Shown: positions 11,794 to 24,707 of the stretch, piece by piece
How the letters are laid out: each line of letters begins with the position of its first letter
Position numbering within the stretch: the first letter of the stretch is position 1
Assembly: GCA_050575255.1 (NCBI GenBank)
Contig: JBNZDD010013659.1
Span: 1,222,297-1,286,296 of the forward strand
Source: Harriotta raleighana
Taxonomy: Eukaryota
Length of the DNA: 64,000 nucleotides
Direction: 5' to 3'
Program-made: the position numbers and the translations under genes
The notes under the pieces: generated by a model
The model's database searches: none
What the model was told of the DNA's origin: nothing
Seen by the model: only the letters and a program-made list of their open reading frames with translations

Positions 11794-12958
11794 ACAACAA
11801 CAACAACAACAACAGCAACAACAACAAAATTACACTTATAGAGCGCGTTTCACGTCAGGAGGACGTCCCAAGGCGCTGGACAGATTGGTTCAGGACCCGA
11901 GCAAGGGAAAATGTTCAGGGCGAGGGGGGGGAAGGGTGGGAGCAAGGAGNNNNNNNNNNNNNNNNNNNNNNNNNNNNNNNNNNNNNNNNNNNNNNNNNNN
12001 NNNNNNNNNNNNNNNNNNNNNNNNNNNNNNNNNNNNNNNNNNNNNNNNNNNNNNNNNNNNNNNNNNNNNNNNNNNNNNNNNNNNNNNNNNNNNNNNNNNN
12101 NNNNNNNNNNNNNNNNNNNNNNNNNNNNNNNNNNNNNNNNNNNNNNNNNNNNNNNNNNNNNNNNNNNNNNNNNNNNNNNNNNNNNNNNNNNNNNNNNNNN
12201 NNNNNNNNNNNNNNNNNNNNNNNNNNNNNNNNNNNNNNNNNNNNNNNNNNNNNNNNNNNNNNNNNNNNNNNNNNNNNNNNNNNNNNNNNNNNNNNNNNNN
12301 NNNNNNNNNNNNNNNNNNNNNNNNNNNNNNNNNNNNNNNNNNNNNNNNNNNNNNNNNNNNNNNNNNNNNNNNNNNNNNNNNNNNNNNNNNNNNNNNNNNN
12401 NNNNNNNNNNNNNNNNNNNNNNNNNNNNNNNNNNNNNNNNNNNNNNNNNNNNNNNNNNNNNNNNNNNNNNNNNNNNNNNNNNNNNNNNNNNNNNNNNNNN
12501 NNNNNNNNNNNNNNNNNNNNNNNNNNNNNNNNNNNNNNNNNNNNNNNNNNNNNNNNNNNNNNNNNNNNNNNNNNNNNNNNNNNNNNNNNNNNNNNNNNNN
12601 NNNNNNNNNNNNNNNNNNNNNNNNNNNNNNNNNNNNNNNNNNNNNNNNNNNNNNNNNNNNNNNNNNNNNNNNNNNNNNNNNNNNNNNNNNNNNNNNNNNN
12701 NNNNNNNNNNNNNNNNNNNNNNNNNNNNNNNNNNNNNNNNNNNNNNNNNNNNNNNNNNNNNNNNNNNNNNNNNNNNNTACAAAATGAAAATGGTGGGAGA
12801 GGTAGGACCTAAACCACTCAAGAACAGGGCCTTGAAGGTTGAGGTGGGAGGACAGGCGGTGCAGGAGGATAGAGTGGTCGACCGTATCGAATGCAGCCGA
12901 TAGGTCAAGGAGGACAAGGAGGCAGAGGGAGCCCTGGTCACAGATGGTCAGGATGTCA
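11794..12958 (-). mobile_element. L2 LINE fragment spanning an assembly gap
   Basis: (CAA)n tail plus attacacttatagagcgcgtttcacgtcaggaggacgtccc at left; RT-region sequence matching 43480-43655 at right. Confidence 0.85.
11950..12777. other. Assembly gap (N run)
   Basis: Ns. Confidence 1.
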
Positions 12959-14401
12959 CCTTTATATCCTGTTCTGCATCATTAACAGACAATTTACAAA
13001 GCACGACTTCAGGGCTGAAAAAAATTAGTGTTGTGGATATCATATACAATATTTTAATGACCAGATGCAGAATATGTTTCGACGCACTCTCTCGCTTTAG
13101 ATTCAAGCCACTGTTTAAGGTACAACACACTTACTTGTCTGTGGCAACATTCATTCACCTATGAAATGCAGTTTGCAAACCTCCTCCCACGTTTGAGTTC
13201 CAAATAGTCACTAGGTTTTCCAATAAGATCCTGTGAAGCGTATTGAGTGTACTACATTTTATTCACAAATCCTTATTTATTTAGAGTCTTTAAATGTTAC
13301 TAAATGTATTGTTACATTTGATAATGTATCCTATGAAGCCCTTTGAGACATCCTCCCAACCCTGAAGGTGCTACAGTATATCAAATGCCAGGATCATTAT
13401 TATTAAAGATTATTATACTGTATAGTATGCGTGTTCTCTCGAGGCTTTGTGCAACTCGAGGAGATGCCTTTATCTGCCATTGGAGACTCGACCATCAACA
13501 GAGCCAATACTGTAATTAATGATGAGATTAAGACATTCCCCTTCATGTGTTTTTTGAATAAAGCCGATACACCCAGAAATGTTCTTTGTCAACCAAATAA
13601 TTGACAGCAGTTTACGTGACTAAGATTACTGAGATAGGAAGTGTTAACAAATACCAAACTAGATGAAAGGATAACATGATCATAGGCAGTCACCATTCAC
13701 CTTCGATTCTTGTGGGAACCTGTATTCATGTCATTCATGTCGTACCAGGGATTTGTAATGTGGCTAATTGTATTCTTTATGTGGCAGAGGTAATGGAAAT
13801 GAGAGAGCCAAAAACACATTGTTTTTAAAGCTGATTTTAGATGTAGCTTTCCCATATCTTGTTCCATGCAAACCACAGTTGTAATTATGAGATCCATCAA
13901 TCTTACTGTACCTGACATTCCTAGGAATTTTATGGAAGATGGTTCACGATCTAGCAGCGAGTTACTATTAACATGTGTCCATAGATGGATGCTGTCTGAT
14001 TAACATTAATGTTCAATAAGTAAAATTCCCATTACTGACAGAACTATCTAGTTAGTTATCCTTGTTTACTTGATCGGCCATTATACGGAACAAGTCTATT
14101 ATAATAAGTACTGTATTTCCTTAACAGAAGTTTGGCATTCAGAACAACACATTACAACATGGGTGCTGATGTGAGGAGGCTCAGCAATTGCAAGTTCATG
14201 GTAGATGATAGGATGGGATGGATAAGCAAAATACATCCTATCACAGCCAAGGAATGAAATCAGGGCAAATCTAAAATGATATCCAAGCTGCTAACACAGT
14301 ACAGTAATAAATTAATTGTTTATTTTGCCTGCATGACTGAGTATTTCAATTAAATTCTTATTATCATTTTTACCATTTTGGCTGAGTTTGTTAATCATGA
14401 T

Positions 14402-14490
14402 GTGGGGGGTCCCGGGATCCGCTATTGTGAAGCACACTGAGACACCGTCCAGCATGGAGGGCGCTACATAAATCAAAGTTGTTGTTGTTG
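14402..14490 (+). mobile_element. L2 3' tail-only insertion
   Basis: gggatccgctattgtgaagcacactgagacacc...aaatcaaagttgttgttgttg matches 2515-2590. Confidence 0.85.
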
Positions 14491-17185
14491 AAGTCGGAGT
14501 AAGGGAATGGAATTGCTTTTCACATAATGTCAGCCTGGATCAGTTGGTAGCATTTTTACTTCTGAGTTAGAAGCTTATAGGCTCACACAATGTCAGCCAA
14601 GTCGAGACTTTGAACTCCTGTAGTCTATCTCGTCCCCTTTGCAGAACTACTCAATTATTTCCTGAATCTTCACAAAATGTCTAGTACACTTTTCCCTTTT
14701 ACTTCGCTCCCTTTCTCAACTGTGTTTAATGAACACTATAATCTTTGTCTCAAATATCACAGAACACACTAGATGAGTCAAAATTTACCGCACCAGTTCT
14801 TTGCTGCCAAGGTTAATGACACATGGTGAGAGGAATGCTTCCTGGAGACATAAAAGTCAGCACATCCAATGACAAGTGCAGCCCTATAGCCCAGGGCTGT
14901 TGCACTCCTCATTTATTTTATAGATTAATTTCATGTACACATATGATTCATTGAGCTTGGCTTGGCTGCATTTACATGATACTTTTAAGTACTTAAACAA
15001 TATAGTGGAATATTTGATTAAAACAATATGGGTATTTAGAAGAAAGCAATTCTATTGAATCGTGCTCTTCTTTTGAATGTTATGTGTCACGTTTGAAGTT
15101 GATATGTTCTTCACAACAGCGTAAACAGTGGGCAGTGCTCACTGTTTGCTTACTTTTATATTCAGTGAAAATGAAGCAAATGAAGCAATGAAAATGAAGC
15201 ACTGCATCTGGAGTGTTACACATAACAAGTCCCATGGAGAGATTCACAGTTAGACAAAATGTGCCAATAAACGACTCAGACATCATAAACCACCAAGACA
15301 ATAACTTGCATTTATACAGCATCCCTTTACCTCCATGACCAGCTGCAAGACCTTGACAGGCAAGCGGACTGAACAAGTGGCCTTAGAATCAATGATAGAA
15401 GCTGGAAAGTAGATTTGGGTGTCATCTGTATATATAGATTGACAAATGCAGTCCAACCCTGATATGGAATACTGCTGTCAATTTATATCACAGTATATAA
15501 CCAGCTATAATTGGGCTCTTTATTTATTCATCCAGCGGGTTATTTTTTTCTTGAGCAGAACAGAGTTGACAGTGACTGTCTCTGCAGTAAATTAGTGTGT
15601 GGTGGCTAATGGTGCACTGTTCTGTAGTAGATGGTCTGTGAGCACAGATTATGAATGCAGCCAGTGAATTACTCTGCAGTAATGAGCAGGGGAGTTCCCT
15701 GCACATACATGAATTCAAACAGAGTAACAACTCCAACAAAGATGGACATGGCTTAGGATAATTTAGGATAGGCTTTCGGATAACTTTATTGGTTCCTATA
15801 ATGTTGCGAAACTTAAGCTTCTATTTAGATTCAACTCCTCAGACAATGACCCACAGACAGCCATTAAACAAAGCCAGAGATGGCAGGTTTTAAACACAGA
15901 TCAAACATATGACACAATAAGTACAATATAAGCTAATTATTCTTGAACACTGTTACTCAGAAGGTATTTGGAATCTCAATGGCTGCTCATCGTGTCCGCA
16001 TTCAATGTGTTCACCAGCGAGTCTTCCATCCTGAAGTCCATCTTTCTCAATCCTGACCTCACCTTATTCAATGTCCATCTCAAGACATATCTTTTTGACT
16101 GCACATTCAATCACCTTTCCCCTCCCTACCCTTCAGCTCATTCCCCTAGCTGGAGTGCTCAGCCAGTAGTGTTAACCACAGGAAGACATCCTCCCAAAGT
16201 GAAAGGTGTTTTACATAGTGTAAATTGTATCATATCAAATTCCTACTGACATCACTTCTGGTGCACTGTGGATTTGAAGTGAGCCAGCCAGCTTCCTGTG
16301 CGCATTTGAATCTTATGGGGATAAATAAATGTCAGCGTCCACTCCCTGCTCATGGTGAATTTGTGTTACAATGAAGCATATTATAACAGGGTTTTACTGA
16401 AGTAACAAAGCCATCAAAGGGCTGGCTCAATAGATAAATGTACTAGTCAGTGAGTACAGTTATCCAGAGCCCGTCCACAATATTGTTTCCTTTTAAATGT
16501 GAAAAATATTTGAAACTACAATATTCCAGACACGGTGGTATGCAAGCAGACGACAGATAGGGGTAGCTTTGTAGCTGATGCCAGAATCTCAAGCGTTTAT
16601 CTGTCACATTGCCAATCACTCTTTCAATGCAGTCTTCCGTGCTCTGAAGTATTAACAAGAATTCACATGCACACTACAAACCACAAGAAAATTTTCAGAT
16701 ATAACAACAGGGCAGTGTTTTCTACAATAGAATATAGAGCAGGACTGTGGCAACTCCATTTTACAGTTGAACAAATAGGTGAATCACAAGAAAATTACAG
16801 AAGAGAAACTTGCATTCTGAATGCACAAAAATGCCACAATTTTGATGTAGAGTAGAAGTTTCTATATTTAATACATGTGAATGGCAGATATAAACTTGTT
16901 AATGCCATTCCTTGCTGCTCAGTGTTCCTACGCTCAGGGAAGGAGGCTTATTTTTATGCCATGACTTTCAGTGTAGCAAATCAACAGCTGTTCAGGGTTG
17001 AACCCGAATCCAAAATAAAGTATTTTAGTTTCATTGATGGAGCTAAACCTGCAGTAACACTATAAACTTTCAGAGGCACTTTGTAATGGAAGCAAGTCCT
17101 GTCAGCAGTGATATAGAAATGTCAAATCATATTGCAAGAAGTCAATTTAGTTTGCTTTAAACAAAAGTGTTTCACACTTCATTGT

Positions 17186-17430
17186 ATCAGCCTGGCTCAA
17201 TGGTACAATTCATTCCACAGAGACAGAAGGTTGTGGGTGAAGCCACACATCTGGACTTGAGCTCACATAGTCTAAGATGATTCTCCAATGCAGTTATGGG
17301 GTGTGTTGCATTGTCGGAGGTAGGACAATGCAAAACATGAAACTCATTAAAACCGAGGCCCAGTTTCTCTGTTCAGGGAGGACATTAAAGATCCCATAGC
17401 ACAACTCGAAATGTTGGGATGTCCTCCCGA
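17186..17430 (+). mobile_element. Old SacSINE/AmnSINE-like SINE
   Basis: tcagcctggctcaatggt...cagaaggttgtgggt...gcattgtcggaggt...taaagatcccatagcac. Confidence 0.65.
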
Positions 17431-17444
17431 ATTGAAATAATAAT

Positions 17445-17620
17445 ACAATAATAATCCTTGTATTTGATATAGTGCCTAATCATGTCTTTGGCACGCTTCA
17501 AAGTGCTTCACAGAATATACTGAAAAGTGAATTGACTATATATTTTGAAGGCAAAATACAGCAGCCAATTGCACACAGCAGTGTCACACAAACAGTCGTG
17601 GATTGAGTGACCACATTTTT
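17445..17620 (-). mobile_element. tRNA-derived Deu-like SINE, 3' half
   Basis: cagccaattgcacacagcagtgtcacacaaacagtcgtggattga; (ATT)n tail. Confidence 0.85.
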
Positions 17621-17669
17621 AAAAATAGATTATGAAAGGTACTAAATCAAATGTAAGGATTATTTAGTA

Positions 17670-18290
17670 CAGTAGAAACCCGTTTATCCGGCACCATTGG
17701 GACCTGGCCAGTGCCGGTTAAACGGCTTTTAAAAAAAATATATTTTTTTTTAACACATACCATATTAATAATAGACTAAATAATAACAGATAATAACAAT
17801 ATTGTATGGATATTTTATTGTAAATGTTGTACACTGTATCATATAAATAATAGACTAAATACAGTAATAACAGATACTGTAATAACAGAATATTGTATGG
17901 TTAATTTATTGTAAATATTGTACACTACAATATAAATAATAGACTAAATACACTAATAACAGATACTATAATAACAGAATATTGGATTAGTACTTTATTA
18001 TTTATATTTAACTTCTGCAATGGCGGCTCCCGTGGAGGAAAACGGCAACGCGACCTCTTAAAAAAACGGCAGTAGCGCGACTTTTAAAAAAACAGCAGTA
18101 GCGAGACTTTAGCTGACTAGCGGCCAGCCAATATACCTTCACAGTACTCGCATGTGACAATCGATTCATTAAATGCGTCATTGCTATTCTGTTGGATAAC
18201 TTCCGGTTGATTGAATCAGGACCTTTTTTTTGAGGTGCCGGTTCAACGGGTTTTCCAGTTGATCGAGTCACGGATAAATGGCCTTTACTG
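17670..18290 (+). mobile_element. Tigger/pogo-type MITE with internal AT-rich tandem repeat
   Basis: TA|cagtagaaacccgtttatccggcacc ... cacggataaatggcctttactg; about 3 repeats of aataatagactaaata... Confidence 0.9.
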
Positions 18291-18345
18291 CATATCCGAA
18301 ACAACCCAAGCACTACTCAACACTGTGATAAGTACATAGTAATAC

Positions 18346-18645
18346 AATAATAATAATCCTTGCATTTGATATAGCGCTTTTTTCTCGTCTTCCAGACATC
18401 TCAAAGTGAAGTTACTGTAAGATGAATTGACTGTATACTTGTGGGCAAAACATGGCAGCCAATTGTGCACAGCAGTGTCCCACAAACAGTCGTGGATTGA
18501 AATGACCAATTGAAAAAAAAAAATTTTGGGAGGGATTATTAGGCATGTGGAGTAAGGAAATTTGCCCAAGGTTTCACCCTGACCTGCCTGGATTCAAGAA
18601 TGTTCAGCAGTCACTGTGCTCTTAACCATTGAGCTACAGGACTCC
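18346..18645 (-). mobile_element. tRNA-derived Deu-like SINE, near full length
   Basis: Head ggagtcctgtagctcaatggttaagagc; ccttgggcaa; Deu-like box; aatgcaaggattattatt tail. Confidence 0.9.
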
Positions 18646-19519
18646 AGTGAGCTGACTGAAGGCACGTGACACGTAAGGAAAAATCAAGATAAATGACACT
18701 CACTACAATCATTTAGCAAAAGCATCAATTCCATATGATAGAAACAACAATTCGTAGCTTGTCCAGCTAGCAAGTAGTAACTCCTGAACTAGTTGGGATA
18801 GCTAATAAACTGAACCTGTCATTAACACCAGAGAAACAACTTGTACATTCTTAAAAAATGTTTTGTATTCTTCACAGTGATCTGCTCATAACATAATAAT
18901 ATTCCTTGCACTTGACATAACGCCTTTTACCTCATGAGGATGTCTCAAAGTGCTTCACGGGGTATATTGTAATGTGTAGTCACTGTGTAGTTTGTAGGCA
19001 AACAATTGTATAAATATACCTGTACCTCTTTATTACAGGAAATAATAAGTCACTTTGTTTCTAACAATGGAGCGAGGCAGAAACGGATCCAGATTTATAA
19101 TTCCTGATGTCAATTACCAGGGGCTGAAGAGGGCTAAATATTTTTATTGTTCTTGTTAACAAAGAACCAGCTCTATAAGATAATTCTAAGCAGACCCTTG
19201 CATATTGTTGGGCCACCCATCCACCAGACCACCCACAAATGATTCAAGGGCCATTTACACTTTAAACTACTCTGAAAAGAATCAATGTTCTGCTGAAACC
19301 ATCTCATCAAGGTGCTATCAAATCACCACAAAAAGCACAGTGCAAACCAGGCATAAGTGCATATCTTCTTGGATTATTATTATATCTTCATATTGAATTG
19401 TCAGCACATATAGCATCTGGCAGATCTCGAATGAAAACCTAATTGAACATCTGCAAGACAAGTGTGCTGTACAGGAACATTACCTGACAAATGTTTTGCA
19501 GGAAGTCTCAGGAGGCTAT

Positions 19520-19757
19520 ATCATTTTTTCACACAGCGACTTGTTCTGATCTGGAATGCATTACCTGAAACAGTGGTGGAAGCCAATTTGATAACAACTT
19601 TCAGGAAAGAAGTAGATAGATATTTGGTGGGAGCAAATTTGCAAGGGCTATGGGGAGAGAGCAGGGGAATGGGATTAATTTGGACAGCTCTTTCAACGAG
19701 TCGGCATGGACACGATTGCACAAATAGCCCCCATCTGTGCTGTATAATTCTATGATC
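19520..19757 (+). mobile_element. CR1 LINE 3' end
   Basis: FFTQRLVLIWNALPETVVEANLITTFRKEVDRYL; tail ctgtgctgtataattctatgat. Confidence 0.88.
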
Positions 19758-20384
19758 CTACAACGACATAAAATCCCATTGTATTCTGCTCACATAGGGT
19801 TTTGATCAACACACAAGTCAACTGCTTTTATGTAGCCAGGTGGTGAAAAGGAAAACAGGCAGCTAGGAGGTGTGCTAAGAATGCAAACGTTTTTAACCTG
19901 CTGTATACATCCATGACCTTAAGAATGTCCAGCAGTCACTGTCAACGTTCGGTCACATCCTATTGCTTTTCAATGGCACCAGTATTAGTAAGGGGATCCG
20001 CTTCGGTTGATCATGCATCCTATAAGGGAACAGGTGGAGCTTTTTGTATGAATAGAAACTTCAGAATCACATTGTATCGACACGTTAATATCCTACACAC
20101 TCACTCCTGCATATCATCTATTTTTAAAGAAAGTATTATTTAATTATTCTTAATGCTATGCCACCAACAGAGCTGATTATATGTGGTGTTTCAGATCCCC
20201 TAAAAAAAGACATTCAATTAAAACAGATCTCTGATCACAAAATGTCCATTGACCCAGCTTTCTGTTCATCAAGGCACTGATGATGTCAATTCCATTACAG
20301 GCCAGTCAGCTTCCTGCATATGTACACATGCTGTAAAGAAAGCTAATAGTTTTCAGAGTACAATGCAAAGTACTGTAATAATGT

Positions 20385-21400
20385 TCAGGTTGGATAAATC
20401 ATTAGTTAGGCCACAGCTCGAGCACTGAGTCCAGTTATAGGCACCTCAGTTCAGGAAAGATGTTAAGCCCTTGGAGAAGTGGTGCAGAGCAGGGTTACGT
20501 GAATGATTCCGTGATTGAAAGGTACAGTTATGAGGAGAGATTGGAGAGGTTGGGTCTGTTTTCATTGTAGCAGAGAAGATTGAAGGGACACATGATAACC
20601 GGATACTAAATTTGAAGGGGTTTTGTTAGGGTAAATAGCGGGATGTTACTAGAGGATAAGGGGTTGAGTATGCCAACAACCTGCTTATCAGCCTTCCCAA
20701 CTCATCCCTTCACAAACATCAGATCATCTAGAACTTATGTTCTCTCCTGCCCAGGCTCCATGACCCCATCATACCCACCCTCACCCGGCTCATTTATAGA
20801 GCACCTTTCATGTCGAGAGGACTTACTTCAACCTGCTAACCCCTTATCAACGTGTCCATTCCCTCCACTCAGCAGGCTCCAGTCTGCTCCATATTCCCCG
20901 CCCAGCTCACCCCACCATTGTGGGTTAGGCCTTCAGCCTGTCTGCCCCCACCTCCTGTAACTCCATCCCACATTCCCTTTGCATCATTCCCTCCTTTGCT
21001 GCCTTCAAGGCACATCTCAAGACCTTTCTCTACGACCATGTATTCCTCCACCTTGCCTGATCTAAACCCCTATCTGCCACCCCACTCAGGTCCTAATCCC
21101 TGACTGTTCAATGGCTTGGGACATCCTCCAGACATCAAAGGCACTTTACAAATGTAATTTTGTATTGTATAGTTTTAAGATATCACAAGGATAACAAAAG
21201 GAGAACTTAGGAGGAAACTTTTCACCTAGAATATAGTTGGGATGTGGAATGCCCTACAGGTAGGGTGGTGGAATATTAAACAGGCTTGAAGGTGTATGGA
21301 GATAAGGAAAGGCAGTGAGACTCATTGCTCTTGCTCTGTGAGCTAGTGCAGATTCAATGTGGGCAAATGGCTTCCTTCTGTGTTGTAGATTTTTATATTT
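20385..21400 (+). mobile_element. Degenerate CR1 3' fragment with nested L2 remnants (about 20690-21170)
   Basis: KSLVRPQLE...YEERLERLGLFSL..RRLKG; resumes aggaggaaacttttcacc...tggaatgccct; L2 tail at 21110-21165. Confidence 0.8.
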
Positions 21401-22514
21401 CTGTATAGATGTATAGATGATTTTATATTTCTGTTTGCTTTAAAAGAGCATATTACCAAAACATGACAGAATTTCTTTGAGTAGCTTGCAATAACTCGCA
21501 GACAATTTATCCACATTTACCACACATCCTGTACTCCAGGCATTTTAGTGAGGTCCCAGCCTTTCCCCATGCTCTTCAATCGTCTCTTCTCCTAAAGGCA
21601 TTGACTCTTTCTGTAGTTCTGTTCTGTATATGGTGTCAGTCTACATGTAGTCATTCATTCTGTCCAAACCTCAACAGTGAGTGTTAAGAAATAAAATGTC
21701 TATTTTCCAAGGCAGAGTTTCTCACCCCTTCAATCCTCTTGGTTTAAGAGTTTGTGAGTTCTTGGCTGAGGAACTGGAGAAAGATTCTTGTGAAAGTTCC
21801 TGGCTGCTGAGGTAAACCTCTCTACTTGAATGAACTTGGATTCATTACAATATTTCAATGTTATTTAGGAGTTCAGCAAACAGCCCAAAGCAGGTCTTAC
21901 TCACCTCCCACTGTTCAGCTCTGCACTGAAAACGCTGACAATGCACTCCTCCAATTCAGTATTGTTATTCAAAACCAAACAGCTGAGCTGAATAAATAAC
22001 AACTAATATTTATACTATTGATTGCTGCAATGATTACTCCCTGCAGGAGGTGGAGAGTTCATGTTTTTTAAAAAAAAAAGCTGTAGCTCTTCAATTTGTT
22101 TGAACCCTGTCAATAAAACAGTGTTCAGGTTCATCATCTTATTAAGAAATCTGGTGAAATCTTCCACTCTGTAAATTACAACACTGTATAAAACAACAAA
22201 TGAACAGAACCATTCCGACGGAATTAATCTTAACACCTGGAATTATCTTTCCTTCCTCTGGGTTGAGAGGAAACTATCATCTAATCAATTGCCTAGCATT
22301 ACACATATCAAAGTCATTTTGGAATCTATTTCATTTTTCATTAAACGTGTATAATTTAACATTATAATATAAACAACAAAAACTTGTGTTTATTTAGTGC
22401 CCGTCACTCAGGGTAAGGTCCTGGATCACTTAGGTAGCATAATGAGCCTGTACTTATAAATTGTACAATAAATCTGAAATTGTAGGCAACAGATTCACAC
22501 AATCAGAGCAAGTA

Positions 22515-23065
22515 CAGTAAAAGCCCATTTATCCGGCACCCATGGGACCTGGCCAGTGCCAGTTAAATGGCTTTCCAGTTGAACTTTTTTTAAATTACAT
22601 TAAAAATTATTTTAACATTCCATATTAATAGACTAAATAATAACAGATAATAATATTGTATGGGTATTTTATTGTAAATATTGTACACTCTACCATATAA
22701 ATAATAGAGTAAATACAGTAATAAGATACTATAATAGCAGAATATTGTATAGCTACTTTATTGTAAATGTTGAACAATACTATATAAATAATAGACTAAA
22801 TACACTAATAAAGATACTATAATGTATTAGTACTTTATTATTTATCAATGGCCATCACCGAAGGAAAAAAAAACAGCAGCACAACTGTCTAGCAGCCAGC
22901 CAATATACCTGTACAGTACTCGTGTGCACCAATCGATTCATGAACTGCGTCATCGCTATTCTGCCGGATAACTTCCGGTTTATCGAATCGGGATTTTTTT
23001 TTTTTGAGGTGGCGGTTCAACGGGTTTTCCGATTGATCAAGTCATGGATAAATGGGCTTTTACTG
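22515..23065 (+). mobile_element. Tigger/pogo-type MITE
   Basis: TA|cagtaaaagcccatttatcc ... ggataaatgggcttttactg|TA, perfect 20-bp TIR. Confidence 0.93.
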
Positions 23066-23470
23066 TAATATGTCTTTCTGCTTGACTGATTTCATCTCAA
23101 AGTATACTTTAGTGATTAAATAATTCTAATTTGAAAAGCACTCACAAATGAAATTACACCTGTGTATGCAATCTCCATCCCATGTGCTACTGAACTCTGG
23201 CAGATAGTCATCCAGGATGGTTTTAAAATCTTGACAATGCCCCTTTTACAGATCAATGAAACCAGGCCCAGTACTTGCTAAGATACTAATTAAATTTGTT
23301 CAGACAGTAACAATACAAAGGCTCTTTTGAAATGATTGTGTTGGAGCAGAATAATAAACAACAACATTACATTACACTTGTATAGTGCCATTCACGTCGT
23401 AAGAATCTTTACAAAGTAGATCTCCCACCATCTTCATTTCCCAAATCCTAGATATGCTATTTCCATAAAC

Positions 23471-24157
23471 ACTAAGGAAAACTATTTTCTGAGACTTAAA
23501 TAGAGAGAGATGCAATGATGCTTCAAGTTCAATGGTCTTCAATATCACACTAATTGTCCTGTGAAGCGCTGTCTCAATAATATGTAGGACTCTATATCAA
23601 ATGCAAGGATTATGATCAGCTTTCAACCTCTCCCCACTTTTATAACTTGCCTCAAAATCTATCTTTTGGGATTCTTCCGTCTTCCAAGGTCAGAAGAATC
23701 CTTGTACTGTAAAAGGAAATTGTATGTAACCTTTATGGATTAAATACTGAAGAGGTGCTTAAAACTTTGCAAACTGATTTTCAAATTACACTATGTGCGG
23801 CACACAAGGTCACCAGAGACTCATAATTCTGTCGCAAATTCGTCCAGCAAGCGTTTTTTTTTGTCTTAGGAGTACTGAATTGAAACTCCTTGACTTTTAC
23901 ATCCCAAGAGATGTAGGCCTTTCATTTCCTTGGGCGAAATGTACTGAATCCGCTTATTTGCAGCAATTTTGTATTGAATTTGAATTATATTTGAAGCAAC
24001 AATTCCACTAATTGAACTAGCTGAGGTCAGCTATTTCAATTAGTAGAATTGTTGCTTCAAATATAATTCAAATTCAATACAAAATGATATATAAAACTAA
24101 GGAAAACTATTTTCTGAGACTTAAATAGAGAGAGCTGCAATGATGCTTCAAGTTCAA
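23471..24157 (+). repeat. 62-bp direct repeat (23471-23532 and 24096-24157)
   Basis: actaaggaaaactattttctgagacttaaatagagagag(a/c)tgcaatgatgcttcaagttcaa, 1 mismatch, no N nearby. Confidence 0.95.
23966..24085. repeat. 120-bp near-perfect palindrome (59-bp arms, 2-nt spacer, 2 mismatches)
   Basis: attttgtattgaatttgaattatatttgaagcaacaattc(c)actaattgaa(c)tagctga GG tcagcta(t)ttcaattagt(a)gaattgttgcttcaaatataattcaaattcaatacaaaat. Confidence 0.97.
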
Positions 24158-24383
24158 GTGAATGATATAGTTACCACTTGATAGTTATGACTGATGCATT
24201 GTATCATGTAGGTTTCATTGCCATTGTAGAATTCTAGGTCAACTGAAGGGAACTTTCAAAATAAAATTGTTTCCTTCTTACACTGTCCATCCACAAACTT
24301 GGATCATATATAGGTTGATTTTACAATCTAGTACTAATAAATTTATAATAATCCTTACTTCTGATATAGTACCTTTCACCTTA

Positions 24384-24707
24384 TAATAATAATAATCCTT
24401 GCATTTGATATAGCACTTTTCACATCTTATCGATATCCCAAAGCGCTTCACAGAATTTACTGTAAAGTGAATTGACTGTATATTTGTGGGCAGAATGCGA
24501 CAGCCAATTGCGCACAGCAGTGTCCCACAAACTGTCATGGATTAAAATGACCAATTTTTTTTATTATTGTGGTTTTTTTTTAGGGATTATTATTAGGCAT
24601 GTGGAGTAAGGAAACTTGCCCAAGGTTTCGCCCTGATCTGCCTGGATTTGAACACAGGTCTCATGCTTGTAAGGCGAGTGCTCTAACCACTAAGCCACAG
24701 GAGCTCC
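24384..24707 (-). mobile_element. tRNA-derived Deu-like SINE, full length
   Basis: tRNA head (gtggcttagtggttagagcactcgccttacaagc...gttcaaatcc), body and (ATT)n tail. Confidence 0.93.

Noticed and set aside
11756-12941. 330-363-aa ORFs, one with polyQ
   Set aside because: They run through Ns; the polyQ/polyN is the (CAA)n L2 tail
12960-13014. Minus-strand exon [18 protein letters not shown]
   Set aside because: Good acceptor, but the apparent donor gtgaca is the L2 truncation junction
16443-16658. Minus-strand ORF STEDCIERVIGNVTDKRLRFW...
   Set aside because: Plausible acceptor but no credible donor and no recognisable homology
17760-18005. CRISPR-like or regularly spaced repeats
   Set aside because: Degenerate tandem units inside a MITE, no unique spacers, vertebrate DNA, no cas genes
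21905-21925. 21-nt minus-strand microexon with strong donor (GAG|gtgagtaag)
   Set aside because: Acceptor side looks SINE-derived; no independent support
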